Shown one piece after another: positions 1 to 9,680 of a stretch of 64,000 nt of DNA. Source of the stretch: a virus. The translations under genes and the position numbers were made by a program. The DNA is taken from positions 32,001-96,000 of the IMG/VR virus record IMGVR_UViG_3300042453_004661; one strand, 5' to 3'. Positions within the stretch are counted from its first letter, which is position 1. Each line of letters begins with the position of its first letter. The notes below the pieces were generated by a model. It worked only from the letters and a program-made list of their open reading frames with translations, ran no database searches and was not told the origin of the DNA.

Positions 1-507
1 GAAACTCTTGCTATCGCTATGGATATCAGCGTTAGTGTTCGCAGTTCAGTAAGAGAGACTTATGTGATGGGCGAACTAAATCCAGTCGCACTAGATCCTG
101 TTGCAATTGATGTTGATTGCTCAATCGGTCGAGTAATTCCTGTTAATGCATCAACTCCAACAAGCGGTCCAAATTCTGAGCCCCCTGCCAAGAGGCCAGA
201 AGGAACTGCTGCAGAACCTTCAACTGGTAAAGACAGTGCCAGGGGTGGAAGTACAGCGACTTCAGCTATCCAGTTAGGCCTTGAAGATCAAATCAATAAA
301 ATCCTTACCGCAGACACTATCCAGATTGAAATAGTCGATAAGATAAGCGGAGCAACTATCGCTGTTGTCAAAGAGGCTCGCTTTGCTGGTCGTTCGATCT
401 CTACTGGAGCTGGCGATGTCGCTTCTGAGCGTCTTAATTTTGTTGGAATTTACGATGCCGGATACGGCGGAAATGAAAATCCAACCACAACTGGTTACGG
501 ACTATAA
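1..507 (+). CDS. Tail tube-like protein (5' truncated by window)
   Basis: Frame is open from base 1 (ETLAIAMDISVSV...). The beta-rich ~170 aa pattern (ETYVMGELNPVALDP; IQIEIVDK...ARFAGRS...ERLNFVG) resembles myophage tube proteins, and the gene lies upstream of the chaperone and tape-measure genes. Confidence 0.6.
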   Translation, partial: ETLAIAMDISVSVRSSVRETYVMGELNPVALDPVAIDVDCSIGRVIPVNASTPTSGPNSEPPAKRPEGTAAEPSTGKDSARGGSTATSAIQLGLEDQINKILTADTIQIEIVDKISGATIAVVKEARFAGRSISTGAGDVASERLNFVGIYDAGYGGNENPTTTGYGL

Positions 508-517
508 GAGGTAGTTT

Positions 518-1483
518 ATGAAACGCTTTGGCGATTTTATTTTGATTGGTGATCAAGATCTAAAGAAGGGCGAAAAGCAAGAGAGCCCTAAAACAGATCG
601 CATTGCCAAGGCAAAAGATATCTTGGAAAAAGCCAAGATCAAAAAAGAAAAATTGGCTGGGCCAAATGACTTCATGAATGACCCAAAGAACGAGGCATCA
701 AATGTTAAAAAGTATGATGAACTCGTTTCTGCATCTACCAGCCCGGGCGGTGGTGGAGCTACTGGCAAGTCTATGGATCAGTCCAAGAAGAAAATAGACG
801 CACAAAAAGCTGGTTATACCATGAAAGACGACAAGCCTCACCCAAAAGACTCTCCTGAAGATAAGGCCCACGATGTCGTAGAAGGTGGCGAAAAAGTTTC
901 TGATGCTGTTGACGAAGTAAAAGGCGACCCAAAAGAAATGTTTGGACACCTTCGTTCTTATCGTGAGATGAAGCAACAAGGCAAAGGCGATGAATGGAAA
1001 AGATCTCCAGACAATGCTGAAGTTGGCAAATCTGGCGTATCAGATCCTATGCTTATGTCTCTTAAGCAACAGAAAGAAGAGATGGACAAGCGTTGCTGGG
1101 AAGGCTACGAGCCTACCCCAGGCAAGAAAGCTTATGAAAAAGGATCTTGCCAGCCTGCCAAGAAAGCAATGGACAAGAATGATCCTGCTGTCTCCGGAAC
1201 TAAAGTAGAGTCTCAGCAGTCTGGTGAAATTGGTAATCATGCCAAGGCAAAAGAAGACTCACTCAGTCCTCTTATGCATGAGCCTAAGCAGATGATTGCT
1301 GAACCAGTAGGCGACAAGTACGCAAAAGGTTCGATGAAGAAATCAATGAAAGAAGGCGGAGGTATTGAATGGACCGATGCAGACCTCAAGCTCGGGCTTG
1401 CCTTCTCTGCAGGAGCTAAAGTAGGGGCAACCGAAGGCCCTAACCTTTCTGCTCAGCCATTGGGGAATAAAGATAAAAAGTAA
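518..1483 (+). CDS. Charged low-complexity protein with multiple hydrophobic-x-K|S/A/G-like motifs; putative internal head protein
   Basis: 321 aa, K/E/D-rich, RBS GAGG upstream. Motifs DLKKG, ILEKA, EVGKS, EMDKR, AMDKN, SMKKS, and a small CWEGY...GSC mini-module. Confidence 0.55.
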   Translation: MKRFGDFILIGDQDLKKGEKQESPKTDRIAKAKDILEKAKIKKEKLAGPNDFMNDPKNEASNVKKYDELVSASTSPGGGGATGKSMDQSKKKIDAQKAGYTMKDDKPHPKDSPEDKAHDVVEGGEKVSDAVDEVKGDPKEMFGHLRSYREMKQQGKGDEWKRSPDNAEVGKSGVSDPMLMSLKQQKEEMDKRCWEGYEPTPGKKAYEKGSCQPAKKAMDKNDPAVSGTKVESQQSGEIGNHAKAKEDSLSPLMHEPKQMIAEPVGDKYAKGSMKKSMKEGGGIEWTDADLKLGLAFSAGAKVGATEGPNLSAQPLGNKDKK

Positions 1484-1498
1484 TCAAGCTTCGTCCCC

Positions 1499-1563
1499 GG
1501 GCGGGGGCGCTGTTGAGCGACGCTCCAAAACGCAACTTGCCTTGTCTCTGGTTGCGACCGCCC
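1499..1563 (+). ncRNA. Putative structured intergenic RNA element (three-way junction)
   Basis: GC-rich intergenic stretch: GGGCGG(1499-1504)/CCGCCC(1558-1563), GGGCG(1505-1509)/CGCTC(1521-1525, one G-U pair), CGCAAC(1531-1536)/GTTGCG(1551-1556). Confidence 0.3.
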
Positions 1564-1573
1564 AAGATTCAAT

Positions 1574-2062
1574 ATGAGACCATTAGTAATATCAGGACAA
1601 AGAGTAGTGGTTTCGCTAGACGCAGAGCCTTATGCTTTTGGCGCTGTATTAGATTATACAATCGATACCCAGGTTTCTGAGTTCGGCGGTATAGATTCTA
1701 TGCTTCCAATTGAATTATCTCCAGAAAGACTCCGGGTCACAATGTCCATGAGAATCTTCAGGACAATTGATAATGATCCATCTGCCACTGGCGTATACTT
1801 CCAAAAAAGCACCAAGGCAGAAAAAGATCAAGAAGACTTTGCCTCCAAAAAGTACATCACTATTGAGATTAGAGACAGGCAAACAGACCAGACGATCATG
1901 TTTATCCCTAGGGCTCTCGTATCTGCCCGTAGCGCCTCTGTCGATGCAGAAGGCCTTATGACCGAGAACTGGTCTATTGTAGGGATTGGATTCATAGGTT
2001 CAGAATCGTCTGCCCAGGGCATCCTGGATAGGGCAATCAACACCTTCAAGAATCCTGTATAA
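1574..2062 (+). CDS. Second tail tube-like protein
   Basis: 162 aa with the same architecture as 1-507 (ISGQRVVV...EFGGIDSMLPIELSPE...ITIEIRDRQTDQTI...ENWSIVGIG). Confidence 0.6.
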   Translation: MRPLVISGQRVVVSLDAEPYAFGAVLDYTIDTQVSEFGGIDSMLPIELSPERLRVTMSMRIFRTIDNDPSATGVYFQKSTKAEKDQEDFASKKYITIEIRDRQTDQTIMFIPRALVSARSASVDAEGLMTENWSIVGIGFIGSESSAQGILDRAINTFKNPV

Positions 2063-2069
2063 ACTTCTG

Positions 2070-2098
2070 TTGACATATCAGATCTCCTTTGGTATCAT
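2070..2098 (+). promoter_or_regulatory. Sigma70-type promoter with extended -10
   Basis: TTGACA(2070-2075), 17-bp spacer, TATCAT(2093-2098) preceded by TGG; AAGGAG RBS before the ATG at 2117. Confidence 0.75.
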
Positions 2099-2116
2099 AT
2101 TCCTTAAGGAGACCCT

Positions 2117-2623
2117 ATGTATAACCCATCCCCCAAACTCGTTAGTGAAGCAAGAGACCATGAGCTTTCGGCTGTTCAAGAAGTCGTAGCTAAGCTTGAC
2201 CCCCAACCCAACAAAGAAGTCGATACCGACATGCTTTTCAAAGAGTCAGAAAATGCTATGGTCAAGTATGGATTCATTGAAAAAGGTGATGGCACAGTCG
2301 GGATTACAGAGAAAGGCCAGATCCTTCTCTCTATCTTGTTCGCCCGGACCCAGGCTCTCTCCGAGTTTGTACTGCATGTAGATATGCCTCCCCAGGACAT
2401 GAAAAAGATCATTTCCTCCTTGTCTGATAAGGAATTGTCAGAAGAAGGCATTGCCACAGCAGTCATGACTTTGCTCAAGCATAGCAAGTCAGGACAGCCT
2501 GGTCTCTTGCTTAACTTCTTCAGCTTCTTGGTCTATAGGGCTATTGCAAGAGTCTCTGAAGTCTATGGCGACGACGATGGGACTACCCCTACCGGAGCCC
2601 CAAGTGGCACGACTCTCCATTAA
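2117..2623 (+). CDS. Hypothetical protein
   Basis: 168 aa ORF with its own promoter and a strong RBS (AAGGAG); no family recognised. Confidence 0.7.
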   Translation: MYNPSPKLVSEARDHELSAVQEVVAKLDPQPNKEVDTDMLFKESENAMVKYGFIEKGDGTVGITEKGQILLSILFARTQALSEFVLHVDMPPQDMKKIISSLSDKELSEEGIATAVMTLLKHSKSGQPGLLLNFFSFLVYRAIARVSEVYGDDDGTTPTGAPSGTTLH

Positions 2624-2633
2624 GGTATAATAG
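2622..2633 (+). promoter_or_regulatory. Putative phage late-promoter motif AAGGTATAATAG
   Basis: Intergenic motif shared with 12225-12239, 32052-32066 and 26781-26790; no -35 box recognised. Confidence 0.5.
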
Positions 2634-2650
2634 AACTAAGGAGAATCATT

Positions 2651-3070
2651 ATGCTTTTGCCACAGATTGAAACCCAGATCGAGTTTGAATGTACTGGAGA
2701 AACGACCAGTAAAAGGTATTCAGGCTCGTTCACAGTAAAGAGTGTCTTAAATAATTTTGAGGCAACAGAAGTAGCTCTACGCACAGATCGTTACAATGGA
2801 GGTAGTCAGACGATTCCTGTTCAGATTGCACTCTTCAACAGAGCAGTAGCTGAGCTTGAACTTCGAGTCAAATCTTCTCCTGAGTGGTGGTCCAAGTCCG
2901 ACTCGGGAAGGCTGATCTTTGACCAAAATGTGGTCTTTGAACTTTTCAACAAAGTTCTCGAAGCTCAAAAAGAATGGAAAGATCGCCTCAATCAAGAAGC
3001 GGTAAAGTCTGAGTCTGCAAGCAAATCCAAGAAAAACAAAAAAGAATCAGATCAAGAAGGCCAAGGCTGA
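2651..3070 (+). CDS. Tail assembly chaperone (putative)
   Basis: 139 aa (YSGSFTVK...LELRVKSSPEWW...VFELFNKVLE), located between the tube genes and the tape measure gene; RBS AAGGAG. Confidence 0.6.
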   Translation: MLLPQIETQIEFECTGETTSKRYSGSFTVKSVLNNFEATEVALRTDRYNGGSQTIPVQIALFNRAVAELELRVKSSPEWWSKSDSGRLIFDQNVVFELFNKVLEAQKEWKDRLNQEAVKSESASKSKKNKKESDQEGQG

Positions 3071-3132
3071 GCCTTTCTTGGATTAGCTCATCGCAGTTAT
3101 AAAGCAGACCGTTATGCTCTGCTATCCTACAA

Positions 3133-3591
3133 ATGAGCAAGACAGTACACTGGGCAGAGATAGATAGATTAGTTCTAGCGCATCACAGGGAGGACCCCAC
3201 CTCTTCTCTGGATGCGCTTGAGCGTTATTTGCGTAAGTGGTGGTGCATCACTTATGAGCGCCCGTTTAAAGATCCCCTACTCGACCAGTACACCCTTGAC
3301 GAGCTGGTCTATGAATTCCTGAGTAAACACTACCTAAAGCCTGAGAACGACCCTGACAAGATCGAGGCCGAGCGTAAAAAGGCTAGCGAAGACGAAGAGT
3401 GGGCGTCTAGGATGGTAGAGCAAGAGCTTAAAAAGATGCAGGCCAATGTAAATCAATTAGCCGAAGTAGCATCTGATAAAACCCCCAAAAAATCAAGGGC
3501 TAAGAAGAAGAAGCAAGATATTGCGGAAGAGTTGCCGGATATCATCTCTACCAAATTTGACTTGCCCGATCCAGGCGATAATAAGACTTGA
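3133..3591 (+). CDS. Second tail assembly chaperone-like protein (putative)
   Basis: 152 aa (WWCITYERPFKDPLLDQYTLDELVYEF) immediately before the tape measure gene. Confidence 0.5.
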   Translation: MSKTVHWAEIDRLVLAHHREDPTSSLDALERYLRKWWCITYERPFKDPLLDQYTLDELVYEFLSKHYLKPENDPDKIEAERKKASEDEEWASRMVEQELKKMQANVNQLAEVASDKTPKKSRAKKKKQDIAEELPDIISTKFDLPDPGDNKT

Positions 3592-3598
3592 GGTCTAA

Positions 3599-6292
3599 AT
3601 GGCAGGCAATAAATATAGCTCAGAATTATTACTACAAGGCAAGTTTGAGTTCGACCAGAACTCTTTGTCGGTCGCTGCACAGTTTACCCAGGAGCTAGTA
3701 AAAGTCATCGAAGGCCCTCTCCAGGAGATGAGCCAGAGGATTGTTAATAATCTATTTGGCCGTCAAGGCATCGGCGGTGGGATGCCTTCCGGGATGCTCC
3801 AGCACCAGAGCGGATTGGCAGTTCCTAGCCATATGGTCCCAGGCGCAGGCGCATCAGGCCCTACCCCGCCCCCTCCTCCGATACAGCAATTAGGGGTTCA
3901 TGGCATAGTAGGCGGGCCCATGGCTCAGCTTCCTCCTCAATTGCAGTCCTACATGGAAAGGTTTGCAAGTCCTCACGATGTCGGATTGCAAGAGCGATTA
4001 TTATCACAGAGTCCTTATACTGGGCAAAGAAATATCGCCATGATGATGCAAAAGGCCCAAAGGTCCGGGCTTGATGTCTATAGCAATCTAAGCGAAGAGC
4101 AAAAGAAAAGCTTTGCAAAAGAGGCAGAATCTGTTCAGGGCGATATTGCCACATTGATAAAGCAGGGGACCGATTTACAGAAACAATATACAACCAGCAT
4201 TCAAAAGGCCCAGTCTGAAGTCGGCACACTACGAAGCTATAGTGAGGCACTCCAAAAAGATCCGAATATGGCTCAGGAAATGTATAAGGGCATGTCGGAG
4301 AATCTTAAAAAAGTAATTGACGAATACAATACAGCAGATCCTAAGACCAGGAGAGATCCTGTGGTAGCTGTCCTCGAGAGAATAGAAAGACTACAACAAG
4401 AGAGCGTAGAGTCTGAAAGACAAACTTCTGCTGGCATTCAAAAGCTAAAAGGCGAAAGAGAAGCCCTACTTGCTCCGACCGAAGCAGACGAGGAGACGAG
4501 GGGCGCAAGAAGAGCCAGAAGAATACAGACTATGGCAAATGTCGCCGGACTCGTTGGGTCTGCAGTTGCTTTTGGCGCACAAGTTCCATACATGATGGAA
4601 GAAAGAGAAGCTTCTGCAGCAGAGCTTGAAAGAGGATCAGCAAGGGCCCTACAATCTGGGAATATCAATAGATATATGGCCATGCAAGAGCTTGGTGGGG
4701 ATACTGCCTTGACCGAAAGATCTAGAAGATCCGCACTTCTAAGCGGTGTTGGGCAAATCCTTGGAGGTGTCGGTATAGGTGCAGCTGGGATTATGTCCGG
4801 GATTGGTGCTGTTCCAGCCGTTATTGCTGGTGGAGGCATGGCGATCAGTGGGGCCCACACTCTAATGAACATGGAGTCCCAAGCCGTATCGTTTAGAGAA
4901 AGAGAAATAGAATCCAGGCTTGGTCAAACAAGAGAATTTCGAGATGCTTCGTCCCGGGCCAGAGCCCAAGCCATACAGTCTTTTGAGACAGCAAGAGGTA
5001 TGGGCGATCAATCTCTTGAAGATTTATTGTACGGCGGAGTCAGTATTGGATCTGCTCGAAGTCAATTGAGGGCCGGGATCGCAGGGGCCGGGACCAGGGA
5101 GCAAGAGGCTGAAGCCATAAGAAGATTTCGTGACGCATCTGCGGGCGGAACAAGAGCCTTGAGCGGGCAGTCATTAAGAGAATACGCTGCAGAGAGGGGC
5201 ATAGATTATGGACAGCTTGCCCCAGTGATTGGCGAAATGGGAGGCAGGGCGAGGACAGCAGGCGGATACTCTCCCATGCAGGAATCTATCAATCTAGCTA
5301 CTCTTGGGATCGGGGCCGGGACTCAAGCTGAACTATTGTATGGCCAAGGCCGTGGCGCAGATGGCGCTCGGATGGACCCAAGGCAAGCATTTGCTCAGAT
5401 TAAAGATATGTATGCCGAGACTTTTGCCACTGGAATTGAAAAGAGCCAGCTCCCCAGGGCCATGGAAAGATTTGGCCAGATGGCTGCATCGATTGGGTAT
5501 GGCGGTACTGCAGTAGCTCAAGAACAGATGCGTCGAGCCACGACTATGGCTGGCGGTATGTTTGGTGAAGGATACGGTGGGGCCCAGCTTGATTTTGCAA
5601 ATAGGATGCAAAGGTTTCAATTTGGCGGTGGGCCACTAGGCTCTGGCGGTCTCGGAAATGCCATGGCGATGTCTGCAATGGGTAATATTCTTCAGGGGAC
5701 CCAAGTCGGCGGAAAAAGTTTGCAAGATACACTCGGAGGAAATGCTGGCGTTGTATCTATGATGCTTGCTCAGCAGGGCCAAACCGATGAGAGCATGAAA
5801 ACCATCTTAATGAAAGCGGGCGGGATGAGCGAGCAAGATGCGGCCGCCGCAGTTAAGCAGTTGGGTGGAGCAAAAGGCCTTGAATCCATGCGAACAAAAG
5901 GCATGGTTGGGGCATATGGCGGTATAGGTGAAGGACCTCTTGGTTTCCTAACTGCCATGATGACAGGGGCAGAAGGTGGAGCGCAAATGGAAGCCGCACT
6001 AAAATCCCCTTCCGCAATGCAGAAACTAACTCAGCCCAAAACTGCCGAAGAGATGGCAAAAGAAGCAGACGCCAGGAAGCTCGCAGATGCTGGTATAATT
6101 CCAGACTCTCTTGGTGGCAAAGCTAGGGCGCAAGAGCTTGGCGTTGAGTCAGCAGAATTATCTGCAGCATTCTCTACACTTAAAGCAGAGCTTCCTACTT
6201 TTGCAAACTCAATAAGAATAGTCAATGAAGCAATTGAGAATGCGGTAAAGACGATGCAAGAAAAGAAAGCATCTAATTCGTTCGGGAATTGA
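3599..6292 (+). CDS. Tape measure protein
   Basis: 897 aa, A/G/M/Q-rich and helical, with hydrophobic Gly-rich segments (GVGIGAAGIMSGIGAVPAVIAGG); canonical position after the chaperones. Confidence 0.75.
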   Translation: MAGNKYSSELLLQGKFEFDQNSLSVAAQFTQELVKVIEGPLQEMSQRIVNNLFGRQGIGGGMPSGMLQHQSGLAVPSHMVPGAGASGPTPPPPPIQQLGVHGIVGGPMAQLPPQLQSYMERFASPHDVGLQERLLSQSPYTGQRNIAMMMQKAQRSGLDVYSNLSEEQKKSFAKEAESVQGDIATLIKQGTDLQKQYTTSIQKAQSEVGTLRSYSEALQKDPNMAQEMYKGMSENLKKVIDEYNTADPKTRRDPVVAVLERIERLQQESVESERQTSAGIQKLKGEREALLAPTEADEETRGARRARRIQTMANVAGLVGSAVAFGAQVPYMMEEREASAAELERGSARALQSGNINRYMAMQELGGDTALTERSRRSALLSGVGQILGGVGIGAAGIMSGIGAVPAVIAGGGMAISGAHTLMNMESQAVSFREREIESRLGQTREFRDASSRARAQAIQSFETARGMGDQSLEDLLYGGVSIGSARSQLRAGIAGAGTREQEAEAIRRFRDASAGGTRALSGQSLREYAAERGIDYGQLAPVIGEMGGRARTAGGYSPMQESINLATLGIGAGTQAELLYGQGRGADGARMDPRQAFAQIKDMYAETFATGIEKSQLPRAMERFGQMAASIGYGGTAVAQEQMRRATTMAGGMFGEGYGGAQLDFANRMQRFQFGGGPLGSGGLGNAMAMSAMGNILQGTQVGGKSLQDTLGGNAGVVSMMLAQQGQTDESMKTILMKAGGMSEQDAAAAVKQLGGAKGLESMRTKGMVGAYGGIGEGPLGFLTAMMTGAEGGAQMEAALKSPSAMQKLTQPKTAEEMAKEADARKLADAGIIPDSLGGKARAQELGVESAELSAAFSTLKAELPTFANSIRIVNEAIENAVKTMQEKKASNSFGN

Positions 6293-6294
6293 TT

Positions 6295-7971
6295 ATGAGC
6301 GGAAGTATACATTCAACAGCACCTGACGCATTTGTTCAGTTTTGGTCATTCAATATGGAGAAGCTTACTGACAAAGACGGGAATGCTGTTCCAAACAACT
6401 CCGCAGTCATGGGTGTATCTGAAGTAATCGCCCAAAAAGAAATTATCAGCATCAATACATCTAAGTCCAAATCGTCTGGTGGGACATTTCAAATTGTCCT
6501 CGCTTCTGATGTCAATTGGAAGAAAGCAGTACCAGTAGGATCTTGGTGCTTTATTCACATTAGCGATAATCAACTCACAGGGAAAGAAGGCGTCGAGCCT
6601 TACGGCGGGCTAAAGATGATTGGCATTGTAAAGTCCGTGAGAAGAAAAGAAACGATCATGCCAGAGATTGGGACTAGGACAGTCAGGTATGTAATATCTG
6701 GCGAAGACTTTCAGTCCATGTTTTCGGCAAAAGTATTCATCAGTCCCGAGATTACAGAAGGTAACGGCCAAAATGCAGTTACATCTCTTGCTGTGCTTGG
6801 CAAGCTTTTTACGGACACGATAGCAAAGTCCCCAGATGTTATCGTGAATAGCTTAATCGATGCAATCCTGGGCGATGCCGGGACCACTTTTGATGTCAAG
6901 GATACAGACGGTAAAGTCAGTAAAAAGAAGAGCATTGTATCTTCATTCAGGGCCGGGTTTGGTATAGAAGTACCGCAAGAGGTATTCAAGAAGATTAGAG
7001 GAGAAAATGGTGTGCTTTTCTCCAAGATGATAAATAGATATATCTTCAAGCCACTACTTGGAAAGATATCGTCTTTTATTCCCAGCTTTTCTGATCAAAC
7101 AGAGCTATGGAGTGCAATTCACACATACTCTAATCCGGTATTGAACGAAGTCTACACCGAGCTACTTCCTGCGAATGTAAACGGAAAGACCAGGCTTATG
7201 CCCAGTTTTATCATGAGGCCAGTTCCATTCTCCATGAACCCCCCAAAAGGGACGGAGGCTTCTACGATAAAATTCTTGTCATCAGTCAAGAGGGCCAAGC
7301 CAATCGATCCGAATAAGTTAGGTAGGAACAAGGCAGAAGAGCAAAGAAAGAAATCGACTGAAGTGACACAAAATGTCGGGAATCATTTCTATGTCTCGAG
7401 GCAAATATTTGAGGACGAGATCTTATCGTTCGACGACGGCAAATCAGATACAGAGCGTTTGAATTTCTTTTTGGTGTCATCGACTATTGCAGGATCTGCG
7501 GATGCTATTATCCAAATCAATAATGCCAAAGGCATATCCAACATGGCCAACCCCGCCTCGGCTAAGCGCCATGGCTTGAGGCCTTTCATCTTCACAACCA
7601 ACTACGATACTCTACAGCAAGGCGATACGACTTTTGCAATCATGACTAATATAGTCAAAGATATGTATCAAAATGGCCATCTATATGAAAATGGGTTCAT
7701 GACTATTGTTGGAACGCCTAGCCATATCCCCGTGGGGACAAACATCTTGTTGCCAGAGCGTGGATGGATTGCCCATGTCGAAGCCGTCACGCATGAGTTC
7801 AATGTAGAGCCCAGCGTCGGCCATAAAAGCTATTACACCAATATTGCCTTTACCCGCCTGATGAGAACTGACGGAAATCCAATCGATAATTCTAATGGCG
7901 CAGTCACCGAGGGTAAATTAGGAGAATGGGACCGGGGAGTTACCGCAGTACCTAAAAGGAAGGGCACATGA
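6295..7971 (+). CDS. Baseplate hub / tail-tip protein (gp27-like, putative)
   Basis: IISINTSKSK...GTFQIVL, YVISGEDF and AHVEAVTHEF pattern; lies between tape measure and spike. ATG at 6295, alternative TTG at 6289. Confidence 0.6.
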   Translation: MSGSIHSTAPDAFVQFWSFNMEKLTDKDGNAVPNNSAVMGVSEVIAQKEIISINTSKSKSSGGTFQIVLASDVNWKKAVPVGSWCFIHISDNQLTGKEGVEPYGGLKMIGIVKSVRRKETIMPEIGTRTVRYVISGEDFQSMFSAKVFISPEITEGNGQNAVTSLAVLGKLFTDTIAKSPDVIVNSLIDAILGDAGTTFDVKDTDGKVSKKKSIVSSFRAGFGIEVPQEVFKKIRGENGVLFSKMINRYIFKPLLGKISSFIPSFSDQTELWSAIHTYSNPVLNEVYTELLPANVNGKTRLMPSFIMRPVPFSMNPPKGTEASTIKFLSSVKRAKPIDPNKLGRNKAEEQRKKSTEVTQNVGNHFYVSRQIFEDEILSFDDGKSDTERLNFFLVSSTIAGSADAIIQINNAKGISNMANPASAKRHGLRPFIFTTNYDTLQQGDTTFAIMTNIVKDMYQNGHLYENGFMTIVGTPSHIPVGTNILLPERGWIAHVEAVTHEFNVEPSVGHKSYYTNIAFTRLMRTDGNPIDNSNGAVTEGKLGEWDRGVTAVPKRKGT

Positions 7972-8984
7972 TTAAACGAGATGGCCATGGTGGCGTATTG
8001 CCGACTTCTATACCCTCATTTGAATCAAAGTCTGTTGAGCAAGAGTTCATGGCCAACAATACCATATACGAGGCCGAGATCGAAAAGGTATATGCGGTAG
8101 ACGACCCCGACAATAAATTCCAAAGTGCAAACTTTACAGTATGCGACATCATCCTTCGCAAGGCCAATGGATCTTCCGAGCCAGTTAAGAATTGCAGGCT
8201 AATGCAGCCAGCATGGGGCGGGACTCCCAACAACTTTCTCGAAACTCTCCAGGTAGATCCGGGCCCAAGCGCATCGTCGGCCAAGAACCCCAGATCCCAA
8301 AAAAGATCCAACTATGTTCTCGTCGCCTTTATCAACGGACGCAAAGACTATGGCGTTATCCTGGGCGGGCTTCCTCATGCCAATCCGGTAGCCAGGAAAA
8401 GGCGTCCGTCCAAGAAGAAAGGCGTATACCTCGAGGCAGAGTTCCAGGGCCTGAATTGGAAGATTAACAATGACGGCTCTATGGAAATGATATTCAATGG
8501 GCCCAGGAACGACAAAGGCGAGATCGTTGGCAAAGATGGCCCCACCACAGTAAAGATCGACCCAAAAGGTAACTTCCAGATCAGCACCAATAATCAACAG
8601 ACATTCAGTATTGATAGAGAAAAACAGACCGTATCGGTCGATTGTGGCCCTACCAAGTTTGTCATGGACGGCAAGGCCGACAAGATCACGGCCAAGTCAA
8701 AGACTGTAGAAACATTAGGGTCTGCGACCAACAGAGTCCATGGCGATAAGGTTAAGATATCCAAGTCTCCAACATCAGAACCTACCGAGCCTTTTGTCCT
8801 TGGCAATGTATTTGTCCAGATGATGCAGAAGCTCATCACGGCTATATCTAATCATCAGCATATCGGAAACCTAGGCGTCCCAACTCCTCCGCCTATTAAC
8901 AAGGCCGAATTCGAGAGCCTAAAGTCCTCGCCTATTGCAGACAAGAAGATCCTGTCAGACTTCATTACGGGTGAAAAAGGGTAA
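7968..8984 (+). CDS. Baseplate central spike (gpV/gp5-like)
   Basis: OB-fold-like N-terminus (VLVAFING...GVILGG), beta-helix-like middle, C-terminal HxH (NHQHIGNLGVPTPPP) typical of metal-binding spike tips. Confidence 0.7.
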   Translation: MIKRDGHGGVLPTSIPSFESKSVEQEFMANNTIYEAEIEKVYAVDDPDNKFQSANFTVCDIILRKANGSSEPVKNCRLMQPAWGGTPNNFLETLQVDPGPSASSAKNPRSQKRSNYVLVAFINGRKDYGVILGGLPHANPVARKRRPSKKKGVYLEAEFQGLNWKINNDGSMEMIFNGPRNDKGEIVGKDGPTTVKIDPKGNFQISTNNQQTFSIDREKQTVSVDCGPTKFVMDGKADKITAKSKTVETLGSATNRVHGDKVKISKSPTSEPTEPFVLGNVFVQMMQKLITAISNHQHIGNLGVPTPPPINKAEFESLKSSPIADKKILSDFITGEKG

Positions 8985-8987
8985 TGT

Positions 8988-9680
8988 ATGCCAGTGCCCC
9001 AGGGATCAGCCTTGTATTCTGGTGTAGTGTCTAGATTGCCAAAGGAATTCGATACTTCTCACGGTCCCTTGAAGGATTTTATCCAAAATCTATGCCAAGA
9101 CATAGCATTGGCCTGGACTCTTTGGCATGCTGGTCTGCTCGGGGGAAGTAATAATGTAAGTGGATTAGGCATAGGTGGATGGGTTGGTAGTGGCGGTGGG
9201 GGAAAGTTGACCCAAACAGTACCATTCAATATCATCCATACCTGGCCAAAATCCGATCCAGATGGCTATTGGAATATTTTTAAGTCTGCAATAACGGCTG
9301 ACTACAAAGAAAAGTTTTCCAAATACGCCGACAGCTTTTCGTTTTCATCAGTACCATATGTTGGAGTTTGTGCAGCGACACCGTTAAGCCCGGGGCCGTT
9401 TTTCGCAACCAATATCCCTGGTCCTCTTGTGGCGTACAAAGCATCAGCAAGCGATCCCAAACAAATAGCAGAAGGAATAAGAGGCAAATTGCCGTCTAAG
9501 TGGTCAGAAAATAAAGATCCATTACAGAAATGGCTCGTTGCCCTCGAGGGGGCGACCGTAGAGCAGTTCGCCATATGGGAAAGCACTTCCCAGTTTGTTG
9601 GCGATACTGTGGCAGGGACAGGATCTCCAGGAGCAGGGGCAGGGTCCGGAACATCTAACGGAACAGGAAAGATAGTATAA
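8988..9680 (+). CDS. Gly-rich spike-associated structural protein (hypothetical)
   Basis: 230 aa, closely packed between the spike gene and the next baseplate gene. Confidence 0.55.
   Translation: MPVPQGSALYSGVVSRLPKEFDTSHGPLKDFIQNLCQDIALAWTLWHAGLLGGSNNVSGLGIGGWVGSGGGGKLTQTVPFNIIHTWPKSDPDGYWNIFKSAITADYKEKFSKYADSFSFSSVPYVGVCAATPLSPGPFFATNIPGPLVAYKASASDPKQIAEGIRGKLPSKWSENKDPLQKWLVALEGATVEQFAIWESTSQFVGDTVAGTGSPGAGAGSGTSNGTGKIV

Noticed and set aside
1505-1560. Hammerhead ribozyme (CTGTTGAG...AAAAC resemblance)
   Set aside because: The core deviates from CUGANGA/GAAA and stem II would need an impossible 1-nt loop; retained only as an unclassified structure.
3020-3132. Programmed -1 frameshift joining the two tail chaperone ORFs (A-rich run AAC AAA AAA GAA)
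   Set aside because: The -1 frame hits TAA at 3100-3102, before the 3133 ORF begins, and the run is not phased as a canonical X XXY YYZ heptamer.
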